This document shows positions 15,201-29,470 of a stretch of 64,000 bases of DNA, in pieces. Source of the stretch: Yuukianura sp. NJ FZ-2021 (lineage: Eukaryota); the NCBI GenBank assembly GCA_046563655.1, contig CM102287.1, positions 10,044,001 to 10,108,000 on the forward strand, given 5' to 3'. A model generated the notes under the pieces. That model had not been told where the DNA came from, did not search any database, and worked only from the letters and a program-made list of their open reading frames with translations. The position numbers and the translations under genes were made by a program. Positions within the stretch are counted from its first letter, which is position 1. Every line of letters starts with the position of its first letter.

Positions 15201-18200
15201 TCTAACTACTTCTCACACCGCACATAACGTTACTTCAAAAATGTATCTCAGAAAAGATGCATTGTGTTTTTTAACTTTTGGCTCTTCTCCACTTGGCCAA
15301 TTCCAATTATCGGCTCTCAAAAGTTAAAATTAACAAAGTGGTCCACTTCTTCACTAAAGTCTCAAGGAGGCTGTGCGTGTAATTTTCCGCTTTTTTTTTT
15401 CTGAAACTCTCAAGTTAGGCTAAGTTTTTGCTGAAACTCTCAAGTTGGATTAAGTTTTTGCTGAAAATCTCGAGTTATGTTAAGTTTTTGCTGAAATTCT
15501 CAAGTTTATGTTTAGTTTAAATTTTTGCTAAAATTCTCGATTTTTTTTTGCTGACTGGCCTACAAGTTGGTGTAGAATGTGTGCTGTACACCTTGTTTTA
15601 GCCATTGAGCTATGACTATGTGAAACATTGTGTTCTGAATCTGATTGTAAACTCTTGAGGTGATTTCATGTTTGCAATTTTTTGCAAAATTGCGAATCGT
15701 GACTCACTCAGTTCCACTGACTACCTTAGTCGTGTCTCATATGTTGGTGGAAACAGAATACTAGAAAGTTTGCTCGGCTCAATTTAATTGTGAATTCATA
15801 AACTAAGTTTTTATAAGTGTTTTAGTGTTGGCTGACATTACCTATCACGAATCTGTTTAATTTCTGTCAGAAAGTGTTTAAAATCTGCTTAAGTTTCGTT
15901 TTTGGCACTTAGTTTGTTAAAAATTTTAATTTTGTGTTTGGTTTTGTGATTTTAGTGGATTTTCCGACGAGTCCAAGTCAACTGAAGCTTCAGCTCGGTC
16001 CAGCGTTTTATCCAAAGGAAGAAGAGCCGGGTGAGTAAATTCGCGAATTTTTTGTGCAAAAATTGAGCTTTTGGTGCCAAGTTTCGCAACATTTTTACTA
16101 TTTCCTGTGCGTGGACTACTAAAAGTAGAGTTTGCAATTTTTTGCAACTTGTGCTTTTTGTCTAAACTAAACGCAAAGTCACCTGTTGATTAAGTGGTGA
16201 AGGCTTTTTAACGACAGTTTCTTTTTTACATTGCGTTTTTTGAGCTCATTGTTTTGGTCGTGACTGATGGGATAATAAACGAAGCCAAAATTATCCATTG
16301 CATAAACCACTTTTACTATTTAGTAAAGTGCTTAATCAAAAATGATCAACTTTTGCAAATTGCGAAAGTTGCAAATTTGGTCGTAGAGCAAAATTGGCAA
16401 ATCCGAGGTCTATAACGTATTGACTATTGTTTAATTAGCACTAGGAAATGAAGGAATCAAAAATCTTCTGAATTTCCTTTAAAGGAATTTCAAATTTCAA
16501 GTGCCAAAGTTAATTCACTTTTGCAAGTTGCAATTTTTTTGCAAGTGCTGAGGAGGAGGAAGTTTTGTTGAACAGGATGGAAGCTATAATTAGCAAACAA
16601 TGAAATTTGGCATTGCGAAACGCCAACACTTCAAACAAGCGGGGCCGCCGCTTTGAAAAAGCTTGAAGCAAATTCGCAATTTGCAAATTCCATTTTTTGC
16701 AAACTATTTGCACTGGTTTTCCATTTTGGGATTTAAGGGCGGAGGAGGAAATTTCGGAAAACAAAGGGTCAATGTCAGTTTCAAAAAAATTTCGGTGGTG
16801 AACTCAAGAAAGAAAAGAATTTTGAGCTAAAATTTTTAAACTAAAAGAATTTTAAATTGTTCTTTTTAGTTCACAGCCGAAATTTAAACAGAAAATTTTG
16901 AATTCAAAATTTTTGTGACAGATGGATAAAGTTGCATTTGAGATTCAGAGTTGTTGGAAGTTTGCAATTTGCAAATTGCAGACGACGAAATTGATGTTTA
17001 GAATTTTAAATTTTGTTTTTGCATTACTTTTCCATGTGTGCAGAAAAAATTGTGCAAAGTTTTGTTCCTTGTTTCTGTCACTCAACGGCTAAAAAAGCAG
17101 TTGAGATCATGACTAAAAATCACAAACTCGTTTTTGACTTTGTTTTTTCATGAAAGTGTTAAAATTCTGAGGAAAACCTTGAAAAGTTTTAAAAAATTTT
17201 TAATGAATGATTCAGGAATTGACAAAAAACGAGAAATTCAGAATTTTGAAATTCGAGAGGCTCGGCTTCTCGACAAAACTTTTTGAGATGTTTTCTTCCG
17301 CAAAGCAGGTTTGCGATTAAAAATTTTTGCACTTACTCGGTTGATTTTCAATTTGCAAAAAAGTGGTCATAAAGTTCTCGGACACCGTTGTTTTTTTGAG
17401 TGTGAAGAAGACATTGACCTCGGAGTTTGGGTGGTGACAGGGCGGGAAAGTTTAAATTTTAAAACCGTTTAAAAGTTCTCATCATCACATCATCTTCTAA
17501 AACAGTTTTTAGTAAAACTGTGCTTGAAAGTTTATGCGGACATGGTGTAATTTCTTCCGCCAAAATTTTTTCGCACTTGGTTTTCGCACACACACACCGA
17601 AACGAAAGAGATTCTCACCACAGTGCAAAAATCACAACCCTTTCGCTCTTTTTGCCAATTTTTGCCAAGCTGAGAATCTCTTGCAAAAACAAAAGTTCGT
17701 GAGAAAATGAGAAAAATTAAAACCACAATTCATTCCTCTGCTCAACTCAGGAGGAAAACGAGTTCTTTTTGACAGAAATGAGAATTGTGTTTTTGCAATG
17801 TGTGCGAATATTATTTTTTGCTAAGCTACAGCTAAAGTTTTAAGGGTTTTAACAAGGGCAGGAGTGTATGAGAGGCTTATTGCACTCTAACATGCTTGAG
17901 ACGTGTTTGTGGTTTTAGTTTTTAAATTGCAGGCAACAATGAAAGTAATTGAAGAAAAAAATTGTTGTTTGAATTTTGTAGGGCGTGTGAGTGAAGACGA
18001 CGTCAGTTTTGCTTCCTCTTGTCGTGCTAAATTGGACTTGAATTTCCAAAATGGCGGAGTCAGACTCACCAAGAGAGGTAAAGTTTCAAAAAAAATTATG
18101 AATTTTTTGATGAACTTTTTTGATAAAGTGTTTCAACGAACTTTTTTTTGATGAAGTTTGATTATGATTTGCGTGAATATTTTTTGACTGGCTTTAATTT

Positions 18201-21200
18201 TGGTCGTGTTTTGATTTTTTTTTCTATGTTCCGTTTGTCTCGCATGATTTGCGATTTTTTTTGCATCTTCGGTTCCCTTGTGCCAATTTTCGTGGTGAAG
18301 ATGATGGAGTTGTGTTTGAATTGAGTGAAAGTGAGCCTCCGAGCATCGCAGTGTCTGAGTCACATGATCAATTAGAAGATTACATCGAAGACTTCTACCT
18401 TCCTCTGAGCCATGAAAGTGTAATGCAGAGACAACAGAGTTTCAGAAGAAAAGTTCAACAGCAATTGGAAACGGCAGCAACGGAAAGAGCAGTTTCAGAA
18501 CTCTCTAAATTTGAAACCATGTTGGCAACTTATGAAGAAGAGGAAGATGCTGGCAGTATTTCTGACCTCGGTGACCTCAGATCCGCACAAGTTTTTCCTG
18601 GAAGAAATTCTGGACAGAAGTTGCATTTCGACTACAATGCTCCGCTTCAGTCACTTCCATACTCAGAAGCTCCCGAGAGTCTTCTGGACATTGATGCCAT
18701 TTGTAACACACATGCACCGAATCTAATGCGGCGCATGAGCAATGACGATGCATCGGCGTCGATTGGTTTAGAATCGGAAGAATCGGCCTACTTCATTCCC
18801 AAGACAACGATTGACAAACTGTATGCTGTTTATGACTCTACCAATTTCCATAACCTTTATACCCTCTCAGGAGAACTAAGACATATTCTGTCTCCAATGG
18901 AAATTGAAGAAATTGTGGCCAATAGAGTACATCTGGAGAAGGTCATTGACCCCAATGTCATCGCTGCTCTTTCCATGCCATGGTCACTAAATGAGTCTAG
19001 CTTACCCTCCTACGACATGTCACTGCAAGGTCAAGGTCACGAAAAAGTGAAGATCACCGAGGTTGAATTGAAAGACACTCCGAGCAAAACTTCGTCAATT
19101 TCAAACGGATTCCATTCCAGAAATACTTCAGATGCAAGTGACGACGAAGCATCGACCACAAGCACACCAACTCTGTCTGGGCGTTGTTCAAGTGGATTTG
19201 ATACGCCGGACTCCACACTTGGTGGGGCCACGGGAGACCACCATGGTGGGACCACCGGAGAGCATTTGAGAAGAGGATTTGAGCGTGGTGGGGCCGATAC
19301 GGCTTCGTTTAGGAGAAGAATTGCGTTGGCCAAGTCTCTTCAGGAAGAAATGGAAGGTGGGATTCACAAAATTCAGGATGATGGAGAATATAATTCAATT
19401 TCGTTGGCGGCGTCACCAAGAAGTGGCTCTCGTGGTGGCTCAGCCCCACCGCAAGAACAAGATGAAATGTGGGGCAGTTTGGAGAGTCTGAATGACCTTG
19501 AGATTGAAGATGACAGTGAAGGTGGGGCCGAAGATGAGCTGTGTTTTGTAAGAAGAGATTCCAAGAGATTTGGAAAATCAACAGAAAATGAAGAACGGGT
19601 TGTTCAAGGGCTCTTTGTAGAAACGAAACCGTCCAGAAGTTGTCAAGGGACCCTGACAAGGGTCCGGGTGCCCTTGAACTTGTCGCAGATTGAGATGGAC
19701 GAGGAATCGTCGTCGCCTAGCAAGGAAGACTACGTTTATCGTTAGTTTTTTGCTTTTTTGAAAAAAAAATGAAAGATTTTTTGAGTTTACTTTGGATTTT
19801 AAACTTTGTCTTTCATAAATGTTTGATTTTTGGGTTTTAATTTTGATTTTTGGTTTTCAGTTAAGAAACATCCGAAGAAACGCATTTCACTGGACGCGAG
19901 TGTGCTGCGTACGACGTCTCTGACGGACTTGGAAGACAGTTCGCAAGCGACTGATGCTGATGTGACACTGTCCGAAGTATTTCATTCGTGTTTGAGCGGT
20001 CAAAGGTCAAAAGGTCAAAGTCCAGATGATTTAACGATTCGGAGTAATTCAGGTGCGACCACAGAAGAAGACGTGACCCTTGACCTTGACACGCCTGATG
20101 ACATGGCAGATTCCATCCTTGGAAGTGAGTTGGGTAACTAACCGGACTAACAAATTGAAATTCAAAATTTGAAATTTTGAAAATTTTGGGTTGAAAATTT
20201 TTGGAAGATTTTTATGATTGTTGACTTTTTTCCAGGACTGGAATCTTTGTCAGCGTCTGGCTCGTCAGTAGGACTCGTTATGGCAGCGAATGTTCCGGAA
20301 GTGACCTCGGGTCACCTCGGATCAGCTGATTTGCCAGAATTCAAGTCTTTTTCAGTGGGATTAACTGAGATTCAGATTGACCTCAGAGCAATTCAGCCTT
20401 ACCGGAGAGTCATTTCCCATGGAGGGTACTTTGACGCTGAGAAAAAAGTGGCCATAATTCTGTTCTCAGGGTGCTTTTTACCGGACAGAAGTCGCAGAGA
20501 GTACTTGTACATCATGGACCAACTTTTTCTGTAAGTTTACTTGGAATAACTTTTCGAAAAATGACTTTTTGAAAAGAGTTTTTTTTTTTGAAATTTTGAA
20601 ACAGGTATTGCCTGTCGAGCTTGGAGGAGCTGATAGTAGACGACTACATTTTGGTGTACTTGCACGGAGCGACACCGAAATCTTCTCAGCCGAGTTTCGG
20701 CTGGCTTAAAAGATGTTACCAATTGCTGGACCGAAAATTAAGAAAAAACTTGAAGGGCCTGTACTTGGTCCATCCCTCGTTTTGGCTAAGAACTGTGGTG
20801 GCCCTTACAAAACCATTTGTTAGGTGAGGTTTCAAAATTTCGAACTTTGGAATTTCATAATTTTGAATTTTGAGAATGAAAACTGATTTGCTTTGGATTT
20901 GTGTGTTTCAGTTCAAAATTTAGTAGCAAAGTGCAATTTGTGAATACACTGGCGGAACTTTGTCTGGAACTACCGACTGAGCATTTAGTAATTCCTGAAC
21001 CCGTTTTACAGTGAGTTGAATTCTTGTGTAATTTAACTTTTGAATTATTTTGAATTACGTTGTAATTACTGTTTGTTGTTGGTGTTAATTACTTGTGATT
21101 TGTGTAATTGTAATTAAGTAATTGTCCATGTGTCAAAGGTTTGATGGTGCAAGGAATGCAGAAGATCATTATTGAGAAGAGAGCTCTCTACCCACTGCCA

Positions 21201-21608
21201 AGTGCTTTAACGTTCTTCTAAACTTTAATTTAAATTCCAATTTCGTAAAAAAAAAATAAATCTCTTAAAATCAAAATGTCTCTCTAAAAAGCGAATCCAA
21301 AGGTAAAGAAAGTTTGAAGCTTTACGAAAACTTTGCGCATGTGTTGCAAAAATTGTCATTCTCGTGTGATCTGCTGCTCTTCACAAAAATTGCACGTTTT
21401 TATCTAAAATTTTTGTTTTGTTTTTTGTACTTCATATCATCTTTTTTGCATGTTTTTGCACATTTGTAATTTCCTGCGGCCCGGATGCTGGTTTTAGTTT
21501 GCTAAAACGAAAATCTTGAAATCGTTTTTGGTAAAAATGTGATTTTGATGTTTTTGCAGATATGACTTTGACCAGAAAGTGAGTGCACTGAAACGGCATA
21601 TGATGTGA
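12218..21608 (+). CDS. BNIP2/PRUNE2/caytaxin-like BCH-domain protein; exons ~12218-12247, 14295-14655, 15956-16030, 17982-18077, 18301-19740, 19861-20133, 20237-20530, 20605-20823, 20912-21010, then 21139-21175 or 21560-21608
   Basis: C-terminal BCH motifs are present: IDLRAIQPYRRVISHGGY, FSGCFLPD, YIMDQLFLYCLSSLEELIVDDYILVYLHG, WLKRCYQLLDRKLRKNLKGLYLVHPSFW, KPFVSSKFSSKV. The upstream exons join in consistent phase. The start codon is uncertain. Confidence 0.85.
15391..15540. repeat. Minisatellite, ~30-bp unit (taagtttttgctgaaactctcaagttaggc), about 5 degenerate copies
   Basis: Directly visible tandem repetition in an intron. Confidence 0.85.
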
Positions 21609-22378
21609 TTCGTGACCTCTGACCTCAAATTTAAAATTGCTCATGGAGGAGGAAGAGTCAGTGAAAAAAATGATCCGGTGCCAGTGCCTCTCTACAATTG
21701 AAAATTAACCAAAGTGTCAATTTAATTAACAATTTAATTACGAGTATTTGCGAAAAGCAATCAAGTTAAAAGTTAATTAAGTTTCTGAGTTAATTGGGAA
21801 ATTAATTAACTTTGTTTGCCATAATCGAGTAGGAAACCAGGAAGTTTTTAGTAACTTCTTCCTCAGGGTCAATTTTTTTTGTAACTTACTTGCACTATTT
21901 TCGAAAACATGTTAAAAATGATTCTCCTGTTTCTTTGAAATTCCATTTAACTTGACGTGCCTCATAATTGTAATTTAGTAATTATTTAGAACAGGAGTTA
22001 ATTAATTTAATTGTAATTACTGAGTTAAACAAGCTAAATGGAAAAGGAGGCTGCTAATTACTAAACTGCCTTCGAAAGTACTAACTTCTTACAAATGTAA
22101 TTGAGATTTGTGTAAAAATGCGTGTAAAAGCAATCAATCCAAACCAAAAGTAAAACAAAATACCATTGACTGATCAAACCAAAATTTTGAAAGATGTCTC
22201 TCGTAATTTTTTCATAGTCATGGAAACTTCAAATTTCTAAAGTTCTGTTTTATGTTTTCAGGCTCCCTGGATTGGACAGGAAGTTTCACTATTTCCATTT
22301 GGAGGAATTTCGAATTTGGAACTGTTCGAATTTCATTTTTGAAATCTTGTTCAAACAGGTTTTTGAAAATCTGGCAAG

Positions 22379-25300
22379 ATGGAAGGACGTGGAACCAAAA
22401 AATCGAAACGAATTCCGGAAATAAAGTTGGCCACGACTGAGGAGTTGCGTCGTCAGTCTCTTTCTATACTCAAAGTTCCGACGCTGGTGAGTTTTTTAAA
22501 AAGTTAATTAACACTAAATTAATTAAGTTAGTTAATTAGTTAATTTGGTGTGAAATTCATTTTGTATTTGTTTTTTTTTTCAGAATTGGAAAGGAGTTGA
22601 CCTAGGTCACGATGAAAGCAGCGAAGAAGAAGAGGTTGGACAAATTGAGTTGACGGGAACTTGGAAGTACATTCCATCCTGGAAGGATCCAGACGATGAT
22701 TGGTCGTTCGTTGGCCAATGGGATCAGCCTCCACCGGATGTCGGAGGTGAAGATGAAGATGAAGAAGAGGATGAAGAGGAAGATGAAGAAGATGAAGATG
22801 AAGTTGAAGGCGAAAATGACGATCTTGAGCTGTTTGGACCACATGCTCGAGCAAGATTCATTTTCAAACGACGTCAAAAGTCATGTGACGGACGACTAGA
22901 AACTTTTACTGGCAAAACGTCCAAGAAACGTCCAGGACCCTCTACAGCCAATACCGGTAAAACAAACCGGTAAAATGTTTAAACCACTTTTGTGTTCATT
23001 TTGGTCGTTTTTTGTAGGAACGTCATTTCTGGACTGCAAAGTGTCGGAACCGTTGTTCGGACTTTTCAAAAAACCGCGATTCGTTTTCGAAACACAATCC
23101 GATGGAGAAGAGGACAACGTCCGAAGAGGACGCGAACTTCGGGTGATTCAATTCAATGACAACTCGGTAATTGAGCCCCAGTTTCGGATTTGGCGTCGAA
23201 CGGCAGTTTCCGGTACGCATGAGCGATTAGAAACTCCGGAACAAGAGGAAGAGGACATAGAAGATATTTTGAGTCTGGAAGTTCTGGAGTTACTGCAACC
23301 GCAGTTCACGGGCAGAGCGGTGACTTTTGCCGAGTACAAAGCCGTTTTTGCAAAAGTTCTGGACGTACCGGAACGCGTTTTACCGAAATGTGTTGGCGAA
23401 CTTTTTACGAAAATTGATACATTCCGGGTAGGAAAAATCACGTGGGACGATTTCTGCGATTTTCTGCAACAAAAATATGCTGAGAGAGCAGAAACGGAAT
23501 ATACATCTCCACCGATTGATGTCGTCACGCCCTGTAAACCATTCGAAACGGGTAAAAACAGCTTTTCAAAATTTTGATTTTTTTTCGAAAGTTGATTTTT
23601 TGACATTTGACCTCTGTTTTTTAGTTCATCGTATGCCGATCACTCGAGCGATTACGCTTCCGGATCGTGGACTTCTGACCTTCAGTGAAGATGGAATTTT
23701 ATCGCTGTTTCACAGCGATTTCAAACCAAGAATTTGGAGAGCACTTGTAAGTTTTCGTTTTTGACAATTTTGGAATTTTTTTGTGAAAAACCTTTGAATT
23801 TTTTTCTACCTTTGACCAGGGCCGACCAGCAGGTTTGAAGTCGCAGCGTATCAATGACAAGAAAGCGAACAAGTGGTACACGGACATTGTTCTGATTCAA
23901 GAAGCTGGAAAGTACATTGTTCCAACAGGGTAAAAAAAAAGTTGAAATTTTTTAAAAGTTTGAATTTTTTGAAAGTTCTTTTTAATTTTGAAAAATGACT
24001 TTTAGAGAAAAAGAGCTCCAGTTTTATGACAACTCGACTTATGACCCCTACTGCCAAATTGCCCATTTGTACTCTGTTCCAATCCATTTGGATGCGAAGG
24101 TCACAGGTCAAGGACTGGTGGTCGTCATGGGTGACACGCAGGGCAACATCACAATTCTGGAAATCGCTGAAACCATTTCAACGCTTCGGTACTGGTCACA
24201 ACATCGCAGAATACAGAGTAAGGTCAAAGGTCAAGTGAGGTCAAAATGTCAATTTCATTCACACTTTTTGTAATAATTGCAGATATTCCAACCATTTATG
24301 TCCATGAGGCTGTGGGAATTGACAAAGGAGTCAAGTACATCAAGCACAAAGTCCACAATGACATGGTCACTTATGTCATGTTCCTTCCCAGCATGATGAG
24401 GGTACAATTTTGAAACATTTTCTCAAAATTTTGAAGCATTTTCTCACCATTTTGACCTGTTTTCTGGAATTTTTTAGTTTGTGAGTTCTTCAGTTGACTC
24501 CAAGCGACCTTTGATGATGCAGCGAATTCAGGATTTCAAAAGCGCAAACGCCATGATGGAAGATTTCAGCGCCGGTTACATCGAGGGCGTGACTGATATC
24601 GCTTCTAAACCTGTCATGTCCTTGTCAGTTGACAACGTTCGCTTTCCGCTAGAAGACGGATGTCGCAGTTTTGATGTGTGGGAGGACAAGAAGTTAGTTG
24701 CTGCTGGTGGGCTGGACAGACTCGTCTGGGTCTGGAACCTCTACTGTCCAAATCAGGTTTGACCTTTGACATTTTTGGATTTTATATTTCAAATTCTCTA
24801 ACTTTTTTGTACTTTCCAGCCTGTTGCCAAGTTACGTGGCCACAACGGATCAATTTTTCGAGTCGTTTTCGAAATCGAAAGTGACACACTGTTTTCCGTG
24901 TGTACTGACAAGGTCATTCGTATCTGGACTCTCTACACCAACACTTGTATCCACGTCGTGGACGAGAAGATGACCAAGTTGCGTGGACCTGCGCTCTACT
25001 GCGTTTTTCCCACCACGGAAGCCATTTTCATCCAAACTTCAGCCGAGGCTTCTTATCTTCCGCTGAAACGCAAAGGGGACGATGACATGGTAAAACTTTT
25101 CATATTTGACCTTTGACCTTGCAGTATTTTGAACTTTGACCCTCGAAGTATTTTGACTTTTCTAGGTCGAGGGAATGACCCACCCAGACGCAATTACTGC
25201 CATCAAGTACAATCCACAAATGGAGTACTTCATTACATGCTCAACTGAAGACATTTTCGTGTGGGACTGTCGAACGGGGAAGCAAGTCAATGAATTCAAC

Positions 25301-27365
25301 ACGATTGGAGGTGACGGATCGATGCATTTGGATACAATTGCTTCCCATGCAGAAAAAACAATGGAGGCTCAAAGTGAATTTGTCATGACCAAACCACTTT
25401 TGCGCGGAAGAGAACAGGTAAGATCAAAATCAAGGTCAAGTTTATCCAAAACGAGGTCAAAGGTTAAACTTTTTTTCATTTTTATAGGTAGATACGTATG
25501 ACGTTGGACCGGTCACTGCTGCTGCTCTGGATTCGTTCGGCCGACGATTTTTTACGGCCCATACGAACGGAGTGATCAAAGCCTGGAATTTTTACAACGG
25601 AAGAAACTTGTACAATTTGTACAAACCGCTCAACAATAAGCCAATCTGTGACATGACCTACATCACGGTCAACGAAACGCATCGGTACCTCGTCACGGTG
25701 GGATGGGATCGTCGTGTCGTAGTTTACATTGATACTCAGGTCAGGAGGTCAAGGTCAACAAGTTTGAAAACTTTTTTTGAATTTTGAATTTTGAAAACTT
25801 TTTATGTGTGTAGGGTCCAGAAGTTTTAGCTCACAGTGGCCTACCCGACCCGCCGCTGATTTTTAGTGACGAAAATGGAAATCATGAAGATGATGTTTGG
25901 GCTGTGAGCTTTGGATATCCACAGTTACTGGCCTCGGGTGACTACAGCGGTCGGCTTCTTGTTTGGAACATCAATTCTGGACGAGTTGTAGCCAATTTGA
26001 AAGTAAGTTTCTTGAAAATTTGAAATTGAAGTTTTAAATTTTGAAGTTTGTTTCTCTCTTTTTAGCCAAATAAGTGCCAGGACAAGAATTCTCTCAAAGA
26101 CACTTTCATCACTGCATTGACTTTTTTTGAACATCGGTGGCACAACAGGAAAACGACGTACCTCATTTCCGCTGGGCCGTTTCATCTCATTCACATTTGG
26201 AGAGCCAATACAACGCGAGAACTGAACGTTGGATCTGTTGGTTGGATTTGCCCATGCGCACTGCCATCTGATTCGATCACGGCCATGTTAGTTAACTTTT
26301 TCAAGTTTTTAGAACAAGAAAAACTAGAAAACTTTTGGGAAAAACTAAATTTTGCTTTGAAACTTAACAGGAAGACGTCCTTGGCCAATTGCAATTTGGT
26401 AACGGGAGATACGAGTGGATGTGTTTCGATTTGGGAAATGGAAGACAGACTCGGAGATACGGAACCCACCGAGTGGTTTTCAAAAGACCAAAAAGTTGGC
26501 GGCAGAAATCGGTTGACGATGTATCACCGCGGAAGTGTCACTGACCAACAGTTGGATCCCAACGAACAAGGATATGGTAGAGGACCAACACAATTGAGGC
26601 TTCTACGCACTTGGAAGTGTCATGTCGACGGTTTCGCTGCACTTGAAATCTGTGAAACTTATGGACTCATCGCCACCGGAGGGAGAGACTGTTCTGTTCG
26701 AATTTGGGACATGCAGGGTAAGTTTCAGATTTGAAAAACGTTTTTGAATTCAGAATTTTTAAGTTTTTTGAGTTCAAAATTCTAAGTTTTTTTTTGAAAC
26801 AGGGCAATACTTGGGCTATCTTGGACAGGAAGCTCGTTGGCACGTTGGTGACACTTTGTCATATCAAAAATGGTTTCCACGTGACGTCATTTTGGACATG
26901 AAGAGAATTCGAGGTCACCACATTTTCAAGCAAGCGGATCCACCGAAAATGGCGATTGAAGTTGCAGCAGAAAGGAAAGCCAAAGGAATCGTACGTGAAC
27001 ATTTTCAAATTCAAAAAATTTTGAACTCAGAATTTTGAAAAAAAAAATACTTTGAATTTGAATTTCAGGACCAAAAGCATCACCACCATCTTTCTGACCG
27101 TGAAGTTACTTCGATGGCCTACAGATACCAGAGTCTTGGAAATCTGAATTTTGTGACACAGACGTGGTTCATGCCTGACACTCCGGTTGGACCACATCGA
27201 CGAATGGGTGACAGACCTTCGATGAGTGACCTCGTAGAAGTTCCTGGAACTGTTCCACGCAAGGTCAAAGGTCACAAGTACGAAAGCAAAGACGACGTCA
27301 GAGCCTGTGCTCAAGCTAGACTTCAATTCAAGAAGAAAGGAGCAACTGTGCCTGGAAAACGTTAA
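22379..27365 (+). CDS. EF-hand plus WD40-repeat protein (WDR49/WDR64/WDY-like), many short introns
   Basis: Acidic N-terminus, EF-hand-like LFTKIDTFRVGKITWDDFCDFLQ, then WD repeats (AAGGLDRLVWVWN, CTDKVIRIWT, VTVGWDRRV, IATGGRDCSVRIWD, YLGQEARW). Confidence 0.8.
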
Positions 27366-27657
27366 CGCATTTTTTACATTTTTCAAAAACTTTGAAAAAG
27401 TTCTGTGTAAAACCTTGAAAAAACTTCAAAAAAGAACAAAATATTTTATGAGATTTTCCATCAAAAAGCCTCAAATTCATGAACAGCGCGTGTTCTTGTG
27501 TTTTCATTTTGAAGTTGCTTAGCAACCACCATTTTTTGCGAAAAATTTAAGTCCAAGGAAAGAGGGATACAAATTTCAGAGAATTCAGAACACAGGTTCT
27601 GCTTTTCCAAAAATTTGGAAAGTGTAGTGCCAAAAATTCTGGAAAATTTTGAAAATC

Positions 27658-29470
27658 ATGAGTGAAAACGAAGGTAAAGGAAATCCGGATTTAGTTGCAG
27701 TATGGGAAGTTCCTTTACAGTCTGGCCTCTACTCAATTGAATTTGAACATGGAACTACTACTGGAAAGAGAGTAATTAGAGTCAATGGGAAGGTGAGTAA
27801 TCACGATTACTTTGAGTAATCGATTACTTACTACATTTAAGTTTTAAAAATCGGTTTCTCATGATAAAAGGAAATCATGAGACGAGAATGGATGTTCAAA
27901 TTGGTTGGAAATGAAGAATTTGTTTTGGATTCTTCAAAATGCAAAATTCGGGTTGACCCTTATGGACTCTTTGCGTATCGATATGGACTGGAGGTCAACG
28001 GGAAGCCATTTCGCGACTTTGTTGAAATCCAATCCAAAATTTTGAAAACTTGGGTCGTACAGGATGAAGAAACGGAAGGCGCTGAATATCGGGTCGTACT
28101 TGGTAAGATTTTAAAATTATTTACAAGAAACGACGTCTGAAAAACGTTTAGTAATTTTTTTTTGCACCAATTGCATGTGGAATGTTGTTGTGTAACTTGA
28201 TCTGAGCGATGGAAGCGCTAGAATCGCTGCAAAGTTTAAATTCTAAAAATTCAGAAAAATGAGGAAGATTTGCTAGTTTTGAAAGAGTGTTTTACATGGG
28301 AAGCCTTCGAGAGAGCAGAAATGTTGATCGGATATTGTACGGAGCAAAGAGGCAGATAGGAAGGTTCCTCCTGTATTGCTTTGTGTATGGGAGTTTGAGT
28401 TGCGGGAAAAGTAGAGGGAAGGAGAGGAGCCTTTTTGGCTCGCAGAATCTCCTGTCAACTCGGATAGTTTCCCAGCAGCTTCCTTCACAAACCAATACAA
28501 AATCTCTCCCCCCGAAAATTTAAATTCAAAAAACTTTAAAAATTCATAACTTTTGAACGGAAAGAGATAGAGAATTTTACTCTACACGCTGAATTCACAA
28601 AAATGTGTAGAATTTTTAAAAAATTCTAAAAAGCACCCTAAAGCTGTCAAAATTTTGATGGTGTGCTTTTTTTCTGTACTTCTTGTTTTTTATTTTTTAA
28701 AATTTTGACATAAAACTGTTTAGGACGATGTCGTATGACTAGATCCTAGCGCTGGAGCCACAGAAATCGCTGCAAAATGGAAATTTTTCGAAGTTAAAAA
28801 CTGCCAAAAATGAGTGTGTTGGTAGGGGAGTGAAAAAGTTGAATTGAAAAGTGATGACTTTTGAATGGATTAATCCCTCAACTTTTTCATCCATTCAAAC
28901 TCACCTCCATACAAAATCATTTCAAAAATTCAAAAATCTTTGCAAATTTAGATTTCGGGAGTTCATTACCTCTCAGAACTAATCGCGACTAGGTTTTAAA
29001 TACGTAAAAGTTTAAAAAAAGTTTTTGAAGAAATTGTAAGAAATACTGATGAGACGCCAGTTAAAATTTTTAATAATTCAGTCCATGTATTTCCCATATT
29101 TTTTTCTAAGCTGACTTTTTCTATTTTTCATACGGCGTCAAGGCTACACCTAATTTAAACTCCGAAACTTTTTCTAACTTTCAAATCCTATTTCTTCAAA
29201 ATTTTAGAAAAGTCTACACTGGATTTGTGGGTTAACGGGGTCAAAGTGGAGACAGAAAGTGAGTTTGTTGATGGTGGAACGCAGACGCACTTCATCGTTG
29301 GATCTCTGCCAGCTACACTACATGCTTTCAAGACAGGAGTAAAGAAACAACGTAAGAATTTAAATAAAATGTAATTAAAATATAAATAAATAATTTTAAA
29401 ATTATTAAATTCAGCCATCATCTACTCCATGACGGTCAACGACCAAGAAATTCCAGAAGCCCAAGAATAA
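27658..29470 (+). CDS. FAIM: Fas apoptotic inhibitory molecule; exons 27658-27792, 27871-28102, 29208-29351, 29415-29470
   Basis: DLVAVWEVPL...IEFEHGTTTGKRVIRVNGKEIMRREWMFKLVGNEEF...YRVVLEKSTLDLWVNG...EFVDGGTQTHF. Confidence 0.93.
28175..29145 (+). mobile_element. Non-autonomous interspersed repeat, copy 1, in FAIM intron 2
   Basis: A ~300-bp core (ggagcaaagaggcagatagg...gttgcgggaaaagtagaggga...ctcctgtcaact) recurs inverted at 60330-60620. The terminal module at 29055-29145 recurs at 60131-60225 and 61371-61465. Confidence 0.75.

Noticed and set aside
15391..15540. 30-bp repeats as a possible CRISPR array
   Set aside because: Contiguous tandem units without spacers, in a eukaryotic intron.
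26287..26370. ORF reading through an AT-rich stretch in the WD40 gene
   Set aside because: Best explained as an ordinary 84-nt GT-AG intron that happens to lack stops.
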